The position numbers and the translations under genes are program-made. A stretch of 64,000 nt of DNA, from the IMG/VR virus record IMGVR_UViG_3300009085_000026. The stretch is one strand, 5' to 3'. The stretch comes from an uncultured virus (IMG/VR IMGVR_UViG_3300009085_000026) (taxonomy: Duplodnaviria; Heunggongvirae; Uroviricota; Caudoviricetes). Positions 55,751-64,000 of this stretch are shown one piece after another; the stretch's first letter is position 1, and the number at the start of each line of letters is the position of its first letter. The notes beneath the pieces were generated by a model. It was not told where the DNA came from. It saw only the letters and a program-made list of their open reading frames with translations, and did not search any database.

Positions 55751-57142
55751 TTACCATCTTTTCGATCGCGGACTTCCCTTATCGTCCTTGATTAGAACCA
55801 TTTTGCCAAAGGTTGGCTTGAGATCGTCATTATTTGCAACGGCCCAGATAGTGGGAATGTTGTAGTGATTGATGTGGCCCCAATCAAAATATCCATCTGT
55901 GAAGTTCACTATGAGAGATGTGTGCTTCAGGTTATTCTGAACATGGTCATACATCTTCTGGGGGTCCGTACCGCCACGTCCATTGATCTTGATTTTCCTC
56001 CAAGCTCCTTTCTTGTAAGGCTCGCTGCTGTGAACTTCAGTATCCCACTGTACAAGCGTCATAGAAGAGTAGTTCTTTATGATCTTCTCAATCTGACCAA
56101 AGAACCTCATGAGAGTCTGATCATCAACTGAGCCAGAGGTATCAACTGTCACAACTACCTTCTTGGACATTTTCTTTATACCAGGAAGAGGCAAGCTCCT
56201 TCTGTTCCTCTTAGACCAAGTGTTCTCATAAAGGCTACCAGGCTCATTCACATGCCTTGACATGAGAGTAGAAAGTTTCTTCTGCCAAGGAATCGAGACT
56301 GTCTTGATGAGCTCCTTGATTACAGACTGCATGTTGCCAGAGATGTTTCCCCAAGACCGAGTCTTTGCATTATCGATAATTTCCTGTACAACTATTTTCT
56401 CAATCTCTGACAAAGGCTTCTGCTTGCTGTGGTCATCGGTGGTCCTTAGAACCTTCTTGCCCTTGTTCTTTCCACACATTGGGCAATTAGGATCATGAGG
56501 CTTCTTCTTGCCATCATTGCCACCACCATTTCCACCATCTTCCTTCCCATCGCTCTCTTTCTCTCCTTCTCCTCCACCGCCCTCACCATCTTCTTTCTTC
56601 TCTTCGTCGGCCTTCCCACCGCCTCCACAAACTGGACATTCGCCATCTCCCTTGCCGCCCTGGCTTCCAGTAGAAACTATATAGATCTTAGTAGAATTCT
56701 TTTCCAGAAAGTCATACACGATTTCAGAAATGTGTTCTCCTTTGAAGCCCATTGTTTCAATGTCCTTTATCTTTACCCCATCTTTTGGGAGAACAAGCTT
56801 CCTATCGCTTATCATAGTGTCTTCTACTATTTCGTTAATGCAAGCATCCTGAGCTACATTGAATATGTTTGTATCCCTATTGCCCAGTCTATCGTGGAAC
56901 TTGTTGAGAAGATGCATTATCTCATGGACACAAAGTCCTTCAACCTCGAGAGGATTTAGCTTGCTGATGAACTCCTTGTTGTAGAAGAACAAGATCTTGT
57001 GATTGACAGGAGCAACTCCCGCAGTTGGAGTGTTCTCGTCTTCCTTGTAGAGGAAGCGGAGAAGGAACTCTGCGAAGAATGGGCTGTCGACTTGCCACCT
57101 TACGCAGATGCTTGAGATCTGCTCGGGCATTTTATTGGTCAC
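55751..57142 (-). CDS. DUF2201-type metallopeptidase-vWA fusion
   Basis: HEIMH...N.A.D..IN; C-terminal VDTSGS, GRGGTD, FTDG. Confidence 0.88.
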   Translation of the reverse strand: MTNKMPEQISSICVRWQVDSPFFAEFLLRFLYKEDENTPTAGVAPVNHKILFFYNKEFISKLNPLEVEGLCVHEIMHLLNKFHDRLGNRDTNIFNVAQDACINEIVEDTMISDRKLVLPKDGVKIKDIETMGFKGEHISEIVYDFLEKNSTKIYIVSTGSQGGKGDGECPVCGGGGKADEEKKEDGEGGGGEGEKESDGKEDGGNGGGNDGKKKPHDPNCPMCGKNKGKKVLRTTDDHSKQKPLSEIEKIVVQEIIDNAKTRSWGNISGNMQSVIKELIKTVSIPWQKKLSTLMSRHVNEPGSLYENTWSKRNRRSLPLPGIKKMSKKVVVTVDTSGSVDDQTLMRFFGQIEKIIKNYSSMTLVQWDTEVHSSEPYKKGAWRKIKINGRGGTDPQKMYDHVQNNLKHTSLIVNFTDGYFDWGHINHYNIPTIWAVANNDDLKPTFGKMVLIKDDKGSPRSKRW

Positions 57143-58281
57143 TTGCTCTCCCTTGACTTGTAGATGATCTCAGCGATCTTGTCACTCATCTCCGGGAATG
57201 CATCGAGATAAGGATCAAGGAACTCCTTCTCTTTCTTTTCGATTTTCACATTGACTCCCGAAAGAGCCTTGAAGATGGCGACCATGTGGTCCTTGTCGAG
57301 CTCTTCCGTTGCAAACTGGTGGAAATTCTTCAGGACATCATTCGTGATGAACTCCTGCTTCTGCCTGTCCTGAATATAAGCTACCAGCTCATTTGACAAA
57401 GAGTACTTCCTGTCCCTCCCCATCTTCTTCACATCCTTCTTGAACTTGTCGTAGTTGAAGAGGATATCTTCAGGGCGAACCTTTGAGCGAAGCTTGAGGA
57501 ATTCAATAAACTGGTGGACGACCGGGCCCAGCAAAGCAAAGCCAACCATCTTGGTGAGCTGGGTAATCTCCATCTCTGGATTCTGCTTGATGAGCTGAGA
57601 GAACTTATCCCAAGAACGAGGAGTGCAGAACACCATCTCGTTCTCCTTGATGTCGGTGTAAAGAGCAGATGGCTTGGTTGCCAGGAAGCCGAGAACATCG
57701 GGATGGACTTGACCATCCTTCTCGGCCCACTCTCTCCAGCAATCGTAAAGGCCAGCGTCATCTACCATGAAGTGGACGAACCTGTTGTTTAGGGCAGAGT
57801 CGGAAATCTCTGTGACCTCGGTCTTGTCCTCCTCGCCGAGATTGCCTGCGCAAACGATAAACCAGTTATCCAGCAGCCTGTGCATCCCAACTCCATGGTC
57901 GAGAACCAGCTGGAAACTCGGCTGGAGAACATCGAATCGAGCTCGGTTGAACTCGTCGAGGAAGAGGATGCCACCATCCCCGAACTTCCGGTTCTTCTTA
58001 TCGCCAGGAACGTAGAGGTCTTTGAAGGCCTCGAAGGGGATTGTCTCAGGAGGGAGCCATCGGCAACAGCCAAGCTTTGCGTCAGAAAAAGGAATGCCCC
58101 TAATGTCCGAAGACTCCAGCTGAGAAAGGCGGAGGTCAATGAAAGCGATATTCCTCTTCTCAGCGATCTTGGCAACAATGGCAGACTTGCCGATGCCTGG
58201 CTTCCCGTGGATGTATGGAGTTGCAACCTGAGGAGCCTTCAGAAGAATATCTAATGACTGGGCAATTTCCTTAATCGTCAT
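57139..58281 (-). CDS. MoxR-like AAA+ ATPase
   Basis: GKPGIGKS, DLRLSQ, LFLDEFNRA, AGN, ALNNRF, TPRSW. Confidence 0.92.
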   Translation of the reverse strand: MTIKEIAQSLDILLKAPQVATPYIHGKPGIGKSAIVAKIAEKRNIAFIDLRLSQLESSDIRGIPFSDAKLGCCRWLPPETIPFEAFKDLYVPGDKKNRKFGDGGILFLDEFNRARFDVLQPSFQLVLDHGVGMHRLLDNWFIVCAGNLGEEDKTEVTEISDSALNNRFVHFMVDDAGLYDCWREWAEKDGQVHPDVLGFLATKPSALYTDIKENEMVFCTPRSWDKFSQLIKQNPEMEITQLTKMVGFALLGPVVHQFIEFLKLRSKVRPEDILFNYDKFKKDVKKMGRDRKYSLSNELVAYIQDRQKQEFITNDVLKNFHQFATEELDKDHMVAIFKALSGVNVKIEKKEKEFLDPYLDAFPEMSDKIAEIIYKSRESK

Positions 58282-58307
58282 ACTTACCTCCGTGAAGAAT
58301 TTAGTTC

Positions 58308-58329
58308 ACTATAATAGACGATCGAAACT
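58308..58329 (-). promoter_or_regulatory. putative early promoter variant for the AAA-vWA-sigma operon
   Basis: AGTTTCGAT-N7-TATAGT; GCATAATT also at 58374-58381. Confidence 0.65.
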
Positions 58330-58398
58330 ATGTAAATGAGTTTAGTTTATAAGACTAGTTATGTTTAAAGAATAATTATGCTTCCAAGAGTCTAAATT

Positions 58399-59313
58399 TT
58401 ATAGACCTTTGAAAACTTTATTTGTAGCATATCGAGTATAAGTCTTACTCCCAACAGAGTAGATGTACTTATATTGATTTATGAATATGACGTTTTTGTT
58501 TTTCTTTTGGGTTATCCAATCTTTTCTTATTTGGTCGTCAGTCCATTTTATATAGGGAGAAGTTTTTGGATGGGCAACTCCTTGTTTTCTATACTCTCCT
58601 ATTATGAACTCGTCTGTGTATTCTTTATTAATGTCGTCCCCGAATTGATTTATGAGCAACTGCTCTAGAAGATCGCTGTGATCTCCCATAGAGATCATTT
58701 CTGTGTGAGTGTGAGCTCCGGTAGAATAACCATAAGTTCCAGCTGAACCAAGAATCCAGTTTTTGCCAAAAGCTTTTTTAGCTTTTATTTGTTGAAGAGA
58801 CCATGGGACAAAACTATTATTAGGGTTCATGTGTGCTATTCTAAAATCAAAGTTATATTTTGTGCTTTTCAATATTACTAAAAAACCATAGCTTGCTTTT
58901 GGACCATATAGATAATAATCTGAAGAGTCAAAATTAAAGGGACTTATGACAACATCATTTATAGTTTTTCCGTCGTGTACTATGCTACCACCTCGCGCTC
59001 TGTCCACTCCTGGATGTATTCTGATATAACCTGGTGCAAAGTTTTCTCCCCAGCCCTCTGATATTCCAAAGTCTGCTGTAAAGGATGCACCTTTCCTATA
59101 AGTAATATTGTCTGTTTCATTTTCTTGTGCAAACTGTTGAATCAAATTATTTACCGCTGTTTTTCTTTGTTCTGCCAATATAGTATCATGGTGAACCGTC
59201 TGGATAACCTCCAATGTTTTTTCATATCTAATATTAGATTTTTGTGGAGTTGGTTTTTTTATATTAAAAAGACTAAAAAACCAATTAGTCAGCTTCCTCA
59301 TATTTTTCTCCAA
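58399..59313 (-). CDS. M23-like peptidoglycan endopeptidase
   Basis: HPGVD (HxxxD), IAHM, G.AGTYGYSTGAHTH (HxH). Confidence 0.7.
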   Translation of the reverse strand: MEKNMRKLTNWFFSLFNIKKPTPQKSNIRYEKTLEVIQTVHHDTILAEQRKTAVNNLIQQFAQENETDNITYRKGASFTADFGISEGWGENFAPGYIRIHPGVDRARGGSIVHDGKTINDVVISPFNFDSSDYYLYGPKASYGFLVILKSTKYNFDFRIAHMNPNNSFVPWSLQQIKAKKAFGKNWILGSAGTYGYSTGAHTHTEMISMGDHSDLLEQLLINQFGDDINKEYTDEFIIGEYRKQGVAHPKTSPYIKWTDDQIRKDWITQKKNKNVIFINQYKYIYSVGSKTYTRYATNKVFKGL

Positions 59314-59761
59314 TCATTGCTATAGTTTTTCCGAAACAATGGTCGGTCTCATGTTGAAATACTTGAGCTTCTAATCCCGACATCATAATTTGCTCTTCTA
59401 TCAATATTTGATTTCTTATATCTATAGTTTCCCATTTGGATATTATCTTGTGATATCTTTTAACCTTATATTTGTTTTCAATGCCATATGTTAGACATGA
59501 TTCGTTTATTTCATATAACTCGTCAGAGATTTTAGAGTATTCAGGGTTTATATATAAATTCCACTCTTTTGTTTTAGTGTCAAGAGCAACAAAAACCCTC
59601 AAAGGTATTCCTACTTGGGGAGCAGCTAATCCAACGCCTCCGCTATCTAAGCACAATCTTAGCATGTCTTTTATGGTATCAAAAAAGTACTCGCTTATAT
59701 CTCTGAGTTTTACTCTTTCACATATTATGTTTTCTACCAAACTTGGCTCTATTAATTTCAT
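59285..59761 (-). CDS. def: peptide deformylase
   Basis: GVGLAAPQVG, ESCLT, QHETDH; start set at MKLIEP after the GGTGG SD. Confidence 0.9.
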   Translation of the reverse strand: MKLIEPSLVENIICERVKLRDISEYFFDTIKDMLRLCLDSGGVGLAAPQVGIPLRVFVALDTKTKEWNLYINPEYSKISDELYEINESCLTYGIENKYKVKRYHKIISKWETIDIRNQILIEEQIMMSGLEAQVFQHETDHCFGKTIAMIGEKYEEAD

Positions 59762-59776
59762 GTTTCCACCATCAAT

Positions 59777-59804
59777 AAAAAAGAGCTGACCGAAGTCAGC
59801 TCTT
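59777..59804 (-). terminator. Rho-independent terminator with cUUCGg tetraloop
   Basis: GAGCTGAC-TTCG-GTCAGCTC-TTTTTT on the minus strand. Confidence 0.92.
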
Positions 59805-59822
59805 CTATAAAGATTTGTTTTC

Positions 59823-60386
59823 TTACTCTTCGTCTTCTGCGGGAGCAACCGGCTTCTTTCCGCCCATTGGAGCCTTGCCCATTGGAGCTTTACCAGCTGG
59901 TGCCTTTGCTGCAGGAGCAGCCTTTGATGCACCAGACTTTGCAGCAGCCGCGGCGGCCTTTACCTTCTGAGCAGTAAATCCACCCTTGTACTGTTTCTTC
60001 GAAGCTAGCTCTATGCAGAGCTGTACGATATCAAGGAAAGTTCCCTTTACCTGATCGATCATCTTCATTCCGACCTTGGCCTCGTTGAGCCCTTCCTTGA
60101 AGATATCCTCTTCTGGCTCATCCTTCCCGGCCATCTCGGCCTCGGTGAAGAATGCTACTGACCAGCTATCCTTCTTCTCTCCATCCTTATCGTGCTCCAT
60201 AACTACTAGATCATAACCTTCTGGCTGATATTGCCATATATTAGTGAGTCCAGCTGTCTTAATGCCAGCTTTCATTTCGGGATCAACTTTCTCTCCCTCT
60301 TTCCCACCTTCTTCAAATAATAAACCACCCTTTTTATCAAGGGCTTCAAGAAACTCTCTGATATTATCCATTTTATAAACCTCCAA
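59823..60386 (-). CDS. hypothetical protein with Ala/Lys/Pro-rich tail
   Basis: GKAPM repeats; probable start MDNIREFLEA after GGAGG. Confidence 0.75.
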   Translation of the reverse strand: MEVYKMDNIREFLEALDKKGGLLFEEGGKEGEKVDPEMKAGIKTAGLTNIWQYQPEGYDLVVMEHDKDGEKKDSWSVAFFTEAEMAGKDEPEEDIFKEGLNEAKVGMKMIDQVKGTFLDIVQLCIELASKKQYKGGFTAQKVKAAAAAAKSGASKAAPAAKAPAGKAPMGKAPMGGKKPVAPAEDEE

Positions 60387-60389
60387 AAA

Positions 60390-61781
60390 CTATATTCTAT
60401 AAGTCTCGTAATTTATTATATTCTCTTTTGATTTTGGATAGCAACTTTCTGAAGAGCCATCTATTATCAAATAGAGAATGTTCTTATGATTATCTTTGAA
60501 TAACAGGCCTAAATCTTTATCATTTACTCCACCAAAATATCCATCTGTTGCTATAATTAGGAACGGAGCTATCACTGCTGATGCTTCGCTACCTTCACCT
60601 TTTACAGGTATAACTATGTCGTCTTTGCTCATTCCTGATGATGCTGGTTTTTTAATTATGTTTAATAAAGCAGCAGATGGTTTCTCTGGGTCATAGTGGG
60701 TGTGCTCTTTGAGATATTTGAATAGAGACCCCGCTAAGTCTGTTCCACCGCGACCACCTATACCCTTCTTACCTTCTTTATATACTTTCCATCCACCAGC
60801 TTTATATTCTTCGGCATTGTGAACAGCAGTATCCCACGTCATAAAATAAACTCTGCCCTCGAGCTTTACTGTTCCAGCGCTAAATCCTCTCTTGAAAGCA
60901 GAAGCTATTTTATCCATCTCTCCAAAAACTTTACCTATTGTCGACTCCCCTATAGATCCCGAAGTGTCTAAAGCAACTATCAAAACTATTTCAGATACGG
61001 GAGCTTTTACGTAAGGGCCTTTATATAGAATTTTACTTCCAGGAGTGTGCGATTTTGGATCTCTCAAATAAGTAAGGTAAGATTTACTCTTTTGTATCCC
61101 TTCTCCTTCTTTGTACCTTTCCGCTTTCTTTTGAGACATCCTATTTATCGTTGAAGTAGTTCTTGATTTGAACTCTGTTATTCTTCTCTTTAATTCATTT
61201 GCCCAGTCTATCTTTGGCTTGTGAAGGTCTCTCAACTTATCCATATAGCCACCTTCACCTTCTCCTTTACCTTCCACGTTTCTATCTTTTCTTGCTTGCT
61301 CAGCTTTTTCTAAAATTTTCTCTGCCATATCTTTTATTTCGGCTGCATCAGAAGTTTCAAGAATAGCGTGAGCATCTCTCGTTGGCCTCTTCTCCCCCTT
61401 GCCGTCCCCCTTTCCTTCTTTTGCCATGTTCTCTTTTGAAAGTTTTACTTCTTTCTTTTCCCCTGGGCCTGGAGCGTCTTGACCAGCAGACGGAGCTCCA
61501 CCACCTTTTTGGGGTTTTCCTCCTTTCTGTGGAGGTCCACCTTTTCCTTGTTGTGGCTGACCACCTTGTCCTTGCTGCTTCTGGTCTTTTGCCTCTTCAA
61601 CATTTATAACCTCTACACTCTTTGGTGCTTCTCCTGTTGGCTGTGGTAATCCTGACCCTTGTCCAGGTGCTCCCGGCTTACCAAACATAACTGGAGTAAG
61701 TTCGCTTTTCTTAAATGTTTCATTTCCCTCTAGAAGAATGCCCTCATCTAGAGATTTTAATAAATCTATTACATGGCTCAT
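60390..61781 (-). CDS. vWA-domain protein (DUF2201 C-terminal-like)
   Basis: PKIDW, LDTSGS, WDT.V, GRGGTD, ATDG. Confidence 0.85.
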   Translation of the reverse strand: MSHVIDLLKSLDEGILLEGNETFKKSELTPVMFGKPGAPGQGSGLPQPTGEAPKSVEVINVEEAKDQKQQGQGGQPQQGKGGPPQKGGKPQKGGGAPSAGQDAPGPGEKKEVKLSKENMAKEGKGDGKGEKRPTRDAHAILETSDAAEIKDMAEKILEKAEQARKDRNVEGKGEGEGGYMDKLRDLHKPKIDWANELKRRITEFKSRTTSTINRMSQKKAERYKEGEGIQKSKSYLTYLRDPKSHTPGSKILYKGPYVKAPVSEIVLIVALDTSGSIGESTIGKVFGEMDKIASAFKRGFSAGTVKLEGRVYFMTWDTAVHNAEEYKAGGWKVYKEGKKGIGGRGGTDLAGSLFKYLKEHTHYDPEKPSAALLNIIKKPASSGMSKDDIVIPVKGEGSEASAVIAPFLIIATDGYFGGVNDKDLGLLFKDNHKNILYLIIDGSSESCYPKSKENIINYETYRI

Positions 61782-62557
61782 GAGGAACCTCTAGCTTTCT
61801 TAATTTCCTCTTCTATGTCTACTTCTTCTGTTTCTACAGTTCCATCTTTGTTTACTTTTGTAATCTTTCTATACTCATCTTTGTGAGGACCTTCGTTTAC
61901 TTTTACCACTTGTCCTTCTTTATAGTAATCCATTTCTTGAGGAGCTCCCCCAGATTGTCCCTGACCAGGTTGTTCTTTCTTATTGGCTTCTAGCCAAGCA
62001 TACATGTTTTCAGAGTAATAGGCCTTCTTATCTTTTTTATAATCTGTGTGAAATTTATCTGGAATTTTCATGTCGCCTTCGTCAGGTACTGGTTTCCATC
62101 CGCCTATAGCACTTGTATTATCTATATCGTGATTTATAATCATATCTTGAGCTATATTCCAGAGAGCGGGATCTCCTCCCTTCGCTATAGCTCTATCATG
62201 GTGGAATCTTAAAATATGAGATGCTTCATGAGCTATAAAGTAAGCTAACTTCCCTGGGACCTTAGCTTCTTGCTCAACATACTCTTCATCATATAAAAAC
62301 TCTATAACGCCTTTTGAATTTACTCTTACTCCACCAGTCTTAAACCAATATGGAGGTATAGCTTTTCCAATCTTACAATTCCACCACTCGCAGTTATCTA
62401 AAAACTCATAGAGCTCAAACTCATCGGAGTTCAAGAAGTGATTCTTTATGGAGGCCATAGCTGGAGGAATTTTACTTTTCTCTGCTTGAAGCAAAGATCT
62501 TAGGGCATCGATGCCTTTCTCTTCATCTTCATTTAATATATCTAGAATGTTTTTCAT
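61778..62557 (-). CDS. DUF2201 N-terminal-like metallopeptidase
   Basis: HEASH..RFH.....WNIAQDMIIN, E.MY.WL. Confidence 0.85.
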   Translation of the reverse strand: MKNILDILNEDEEKGIDALRSLLQAEKSKIPPAMASIKNHFLNSDEFELYEFLDNCEWWNCKIGKAIPPYWFKTGGVRVNSKGVIEFLYDEEYVEQEAKVPGKLAYFIAHEASHILRFHHDRAIAKGGDPALWNIAQDMIINHDIDNTSAIGGWKPVPDEGDMKIPDKFHTDYKKDKKAYYSENMYAWLEANKKEQPGQGQSGGAPQEMDYYKEGQVVKVNEGPHKDEYRKITKVNKDGTVETEEVDIEEEIKKARGSS

Positions 62558-64000
62558 TATTCTGTCTTTAGTCCTTTTAGATAACTAAGTATTCTGGCTT
62601 CTTCGGCTTTCTCGCCTTCCGGCTCTTCAGCTTCACCAGCTTCCTTCTTTCCGCCCTTGCTTATAGCCTCTAGCTCTTTCTCTACTTGACTCTTTGTCTT
62701 CAAGGACTTCTTCAAGTTTTCTACATATACTTCCCATTTACCAGCCATTTTTCTGTGAAGGTCTCTAAAGAGTTCGCTTCTACCTTCTTTAGCTGCAGTC
62801 TCTATTAAGTGTGTGAATCCTATGAAGTCATCTGTATCAAATTCTAAATCTTTGTACATTGCTTTGAATGTCTGGTATAGTTGTTCTACTATACCTTGCT
62901 TAGACAATAAAGGAATACTCTTCTCTTCCATAAACTTCTCTATATCCTTTTCTGTCTTGTACTTCGACAAGGCATTGAATAGTCTAGCTAGAAGTTGTGG
63001 CTTAGTTCCAAATCCAATATTTGCTAAGTCTTTTACTTGTTCCCTTATCATCTTGTAGTTGAATAATATATCTTCTTCCGTTATTCCCTCTTTGCCTCTC
63101 TTGACAAAGGATCTTATCATTTTACTTATATAGTCTTTTCCTTCGTTTCCAAATTCTGGAGATTGCATTGCCAATAGTCTAATCTGGTTTGCAGCACTAT
63201 TGAACCAAGCCGCAAACTTATATTGCTCTAGATCTTCTGGTGGCTTTGGTGGTGCCTTCTTATCTACCTTTACTACCTCTGGCCACTTATCCTCTATTTG
63301 TTTCTTCATCTTCTCAGCTGTCTTAGTAAACTTGTCTTGAGATTCTTTGCTCAATGATAGCCACTGTTCAACTCCGCGCTCAATCATATCGTCAGCTACC
63401 ATGGTGAAAGATCTTGGAGAAGTAGTTCTTTCTCCTCCACCAAATCCCGTACCACCAGCAACCTTTACTGGATTCAAGAATGGTTTCTCTGGATCTAGCC
63501 CCGTCTTTGTTTTCATATCTTGCTGGACGAAGTTTAGAACTATTGGTGGGACTCTTGTTAGAGTCATGAATTTCTTTCCGCTCTTTGTTTCTGCTGCATA
63601 AGGTAAAGCAGCAAAGTTCTTAAACCAAGATGGAGCATGATATTTTCCTATAAGAACTCTGTGAACTCTTTCTAGAGTTGCTATATCCATATCTTTTACT
63701 GCGTTGATGTTTTCGGATATTCCCGCCTGAGTTCCAGTGTTCATTGCCAATACTACTACTGTCTTTTCTGGTAGCTTATATCTGTCTAACTCTTTTTCTC
63801 CTGACTTCTTTCTAACTAACTCTGATGCTCCACCAAGTTCACCAGTAAGTACTAAATTCATAACTGCTGACATCTTTTCCATGTCAGCTCTGTTGAACTC
63901 ATCAAAGAATAATATCCATGGCTCTTTACTTCCAGCAGGTGGCAAGAATTGAGATGGTGCCATCTTTACAATCTTCATAGCTCTTCTTAGTCTGTCTTCT
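62557..64000 (-). CDS. MoxR-like AAA+ ATPase, second copy (5' end beyond the window)
   Basis: LFFDEFNRA, AMN, D.ATLER, SPRSF; frame stays open to the window edge, Walker A not visible. Confidence 0.85.
   Translation of the reverse strand, partial: EDRLRRAMKIVKMAPSQFLPPAGSKEPWILFFDEFNRADMEKMSAVMNLVLTGELGGASELVRKKSGEKELDRYKLPEKTVVVLAMNTGTQAGISENINAVKDMDIATLERVHRVLIGKYHAPSWFKNFAALPYAAETKSGKKFMTLTRVPPIVLNFVQQDMKTKTGLDPEKPFLNPVKVAGGTGFGGGERTTSPRSFTMVADDMIERGVEQWLSLSKESQDKFTKTAEKMKKQIEDKWPEVVKVDKKAPPKPPEDLEQYKFAAWFNSAANQIRLLAMQSPEFGNEGKDYISKMIRSFVKRGKEGITEEDILFNYKMIREQVKDLANIGFGTKPQLLARLFNALSKYKTEKDIEKFMEEKSIPLLSKQGIVEQLYQTFKAMYKDLEFDTDDFIGFTHLIETAAKEGRSELFRDLHRKMAGKWEVYVENLKKSLKTKSQVEKELEAISKGGKKEAGEAEEPEGEKAEEARILSYLKGLKTE

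Noticed and set aside
59762..59932. N-terminal extension of peptide deformylase in the ORF track
   Set aside because: It overlaps the upstream gene and a terminator; ATG 59761 has its own SD.
1124..63952. Numerous plus-strand and alternate-frame ORFs in the track (e.g. 15793..16206, 18318..18758, 45582..46169, 57429..57761)
   Set aside because: They are shadows of well-supported minus-strand genes and carry no motifs of their own.
62557..63978. AAA protein lacking Walker A as a pseudogene
   Set aside because: The frame is open to the window edge, so the N-terminus is simply outside the window.
1..64000. Stop-codon reassignment as in some jumbo phages
   Set aside because: Recognisable genes are full length in the standard code, and TAA, TAG and TGA all act as stops.
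1..64000. CRISPR array, tRNA or rRNA genes
   Set aside because: No regularly spaced repeats or cloverleaf-like sequences were seen, and intergenic gaps are short; not confirmed computationally.

Overview
This 64-kb window is almost entirely minus-strand, densely coding DNA from a large T4-like or jumbo dsDNA phage using the standard genetic code. The host is probably a spirochaete, inferred from spirochaete-like FliM, STAS/Zn-ribbon anti-anti-sigma factors and a large exported helical protein. Replication and nucleotide genes: gp32-like SSB, RNase H/5'-3' exonuclease, a DnaE split into two genes in reversed order without an intein, dUTPase, dCMP deaminase, GuaC and a dNMP kinase. Likely DNA-hypermodification genes: two thymidylate-synthase-like enzymes with the dCMP-type Asp, a four-gene glycosyltransferase array and a DUF1599-like protein. 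Host-derived or host-directed genes: a FliM-FliN fusion, two STAS proteins, a J-domain protein, a PAS hybrid kinase, Hsp20, CCA enzyme, PDF, a Rap1a-like protein and a Csx15-like protein. Also present are an Rhs toxin-like gene plus a fibre-like gene bracketed by duplicated terminators, two MoxR AAA/metallopeptidase/vWA modules, and a phage sigma-like factor. Three recurring intergenic motifs can be read by eye: AGYTTCGAC-N7-TATAAT, GCATANTT and AAGATAA. They sort genes into apparent early, middle and late classes, with many leaderless starts and SD-occluding hairpins that straddle promoters. No tRNA, rRNA or CRISPR array was seen. All protein calls come from motif recognition; no database search was run.
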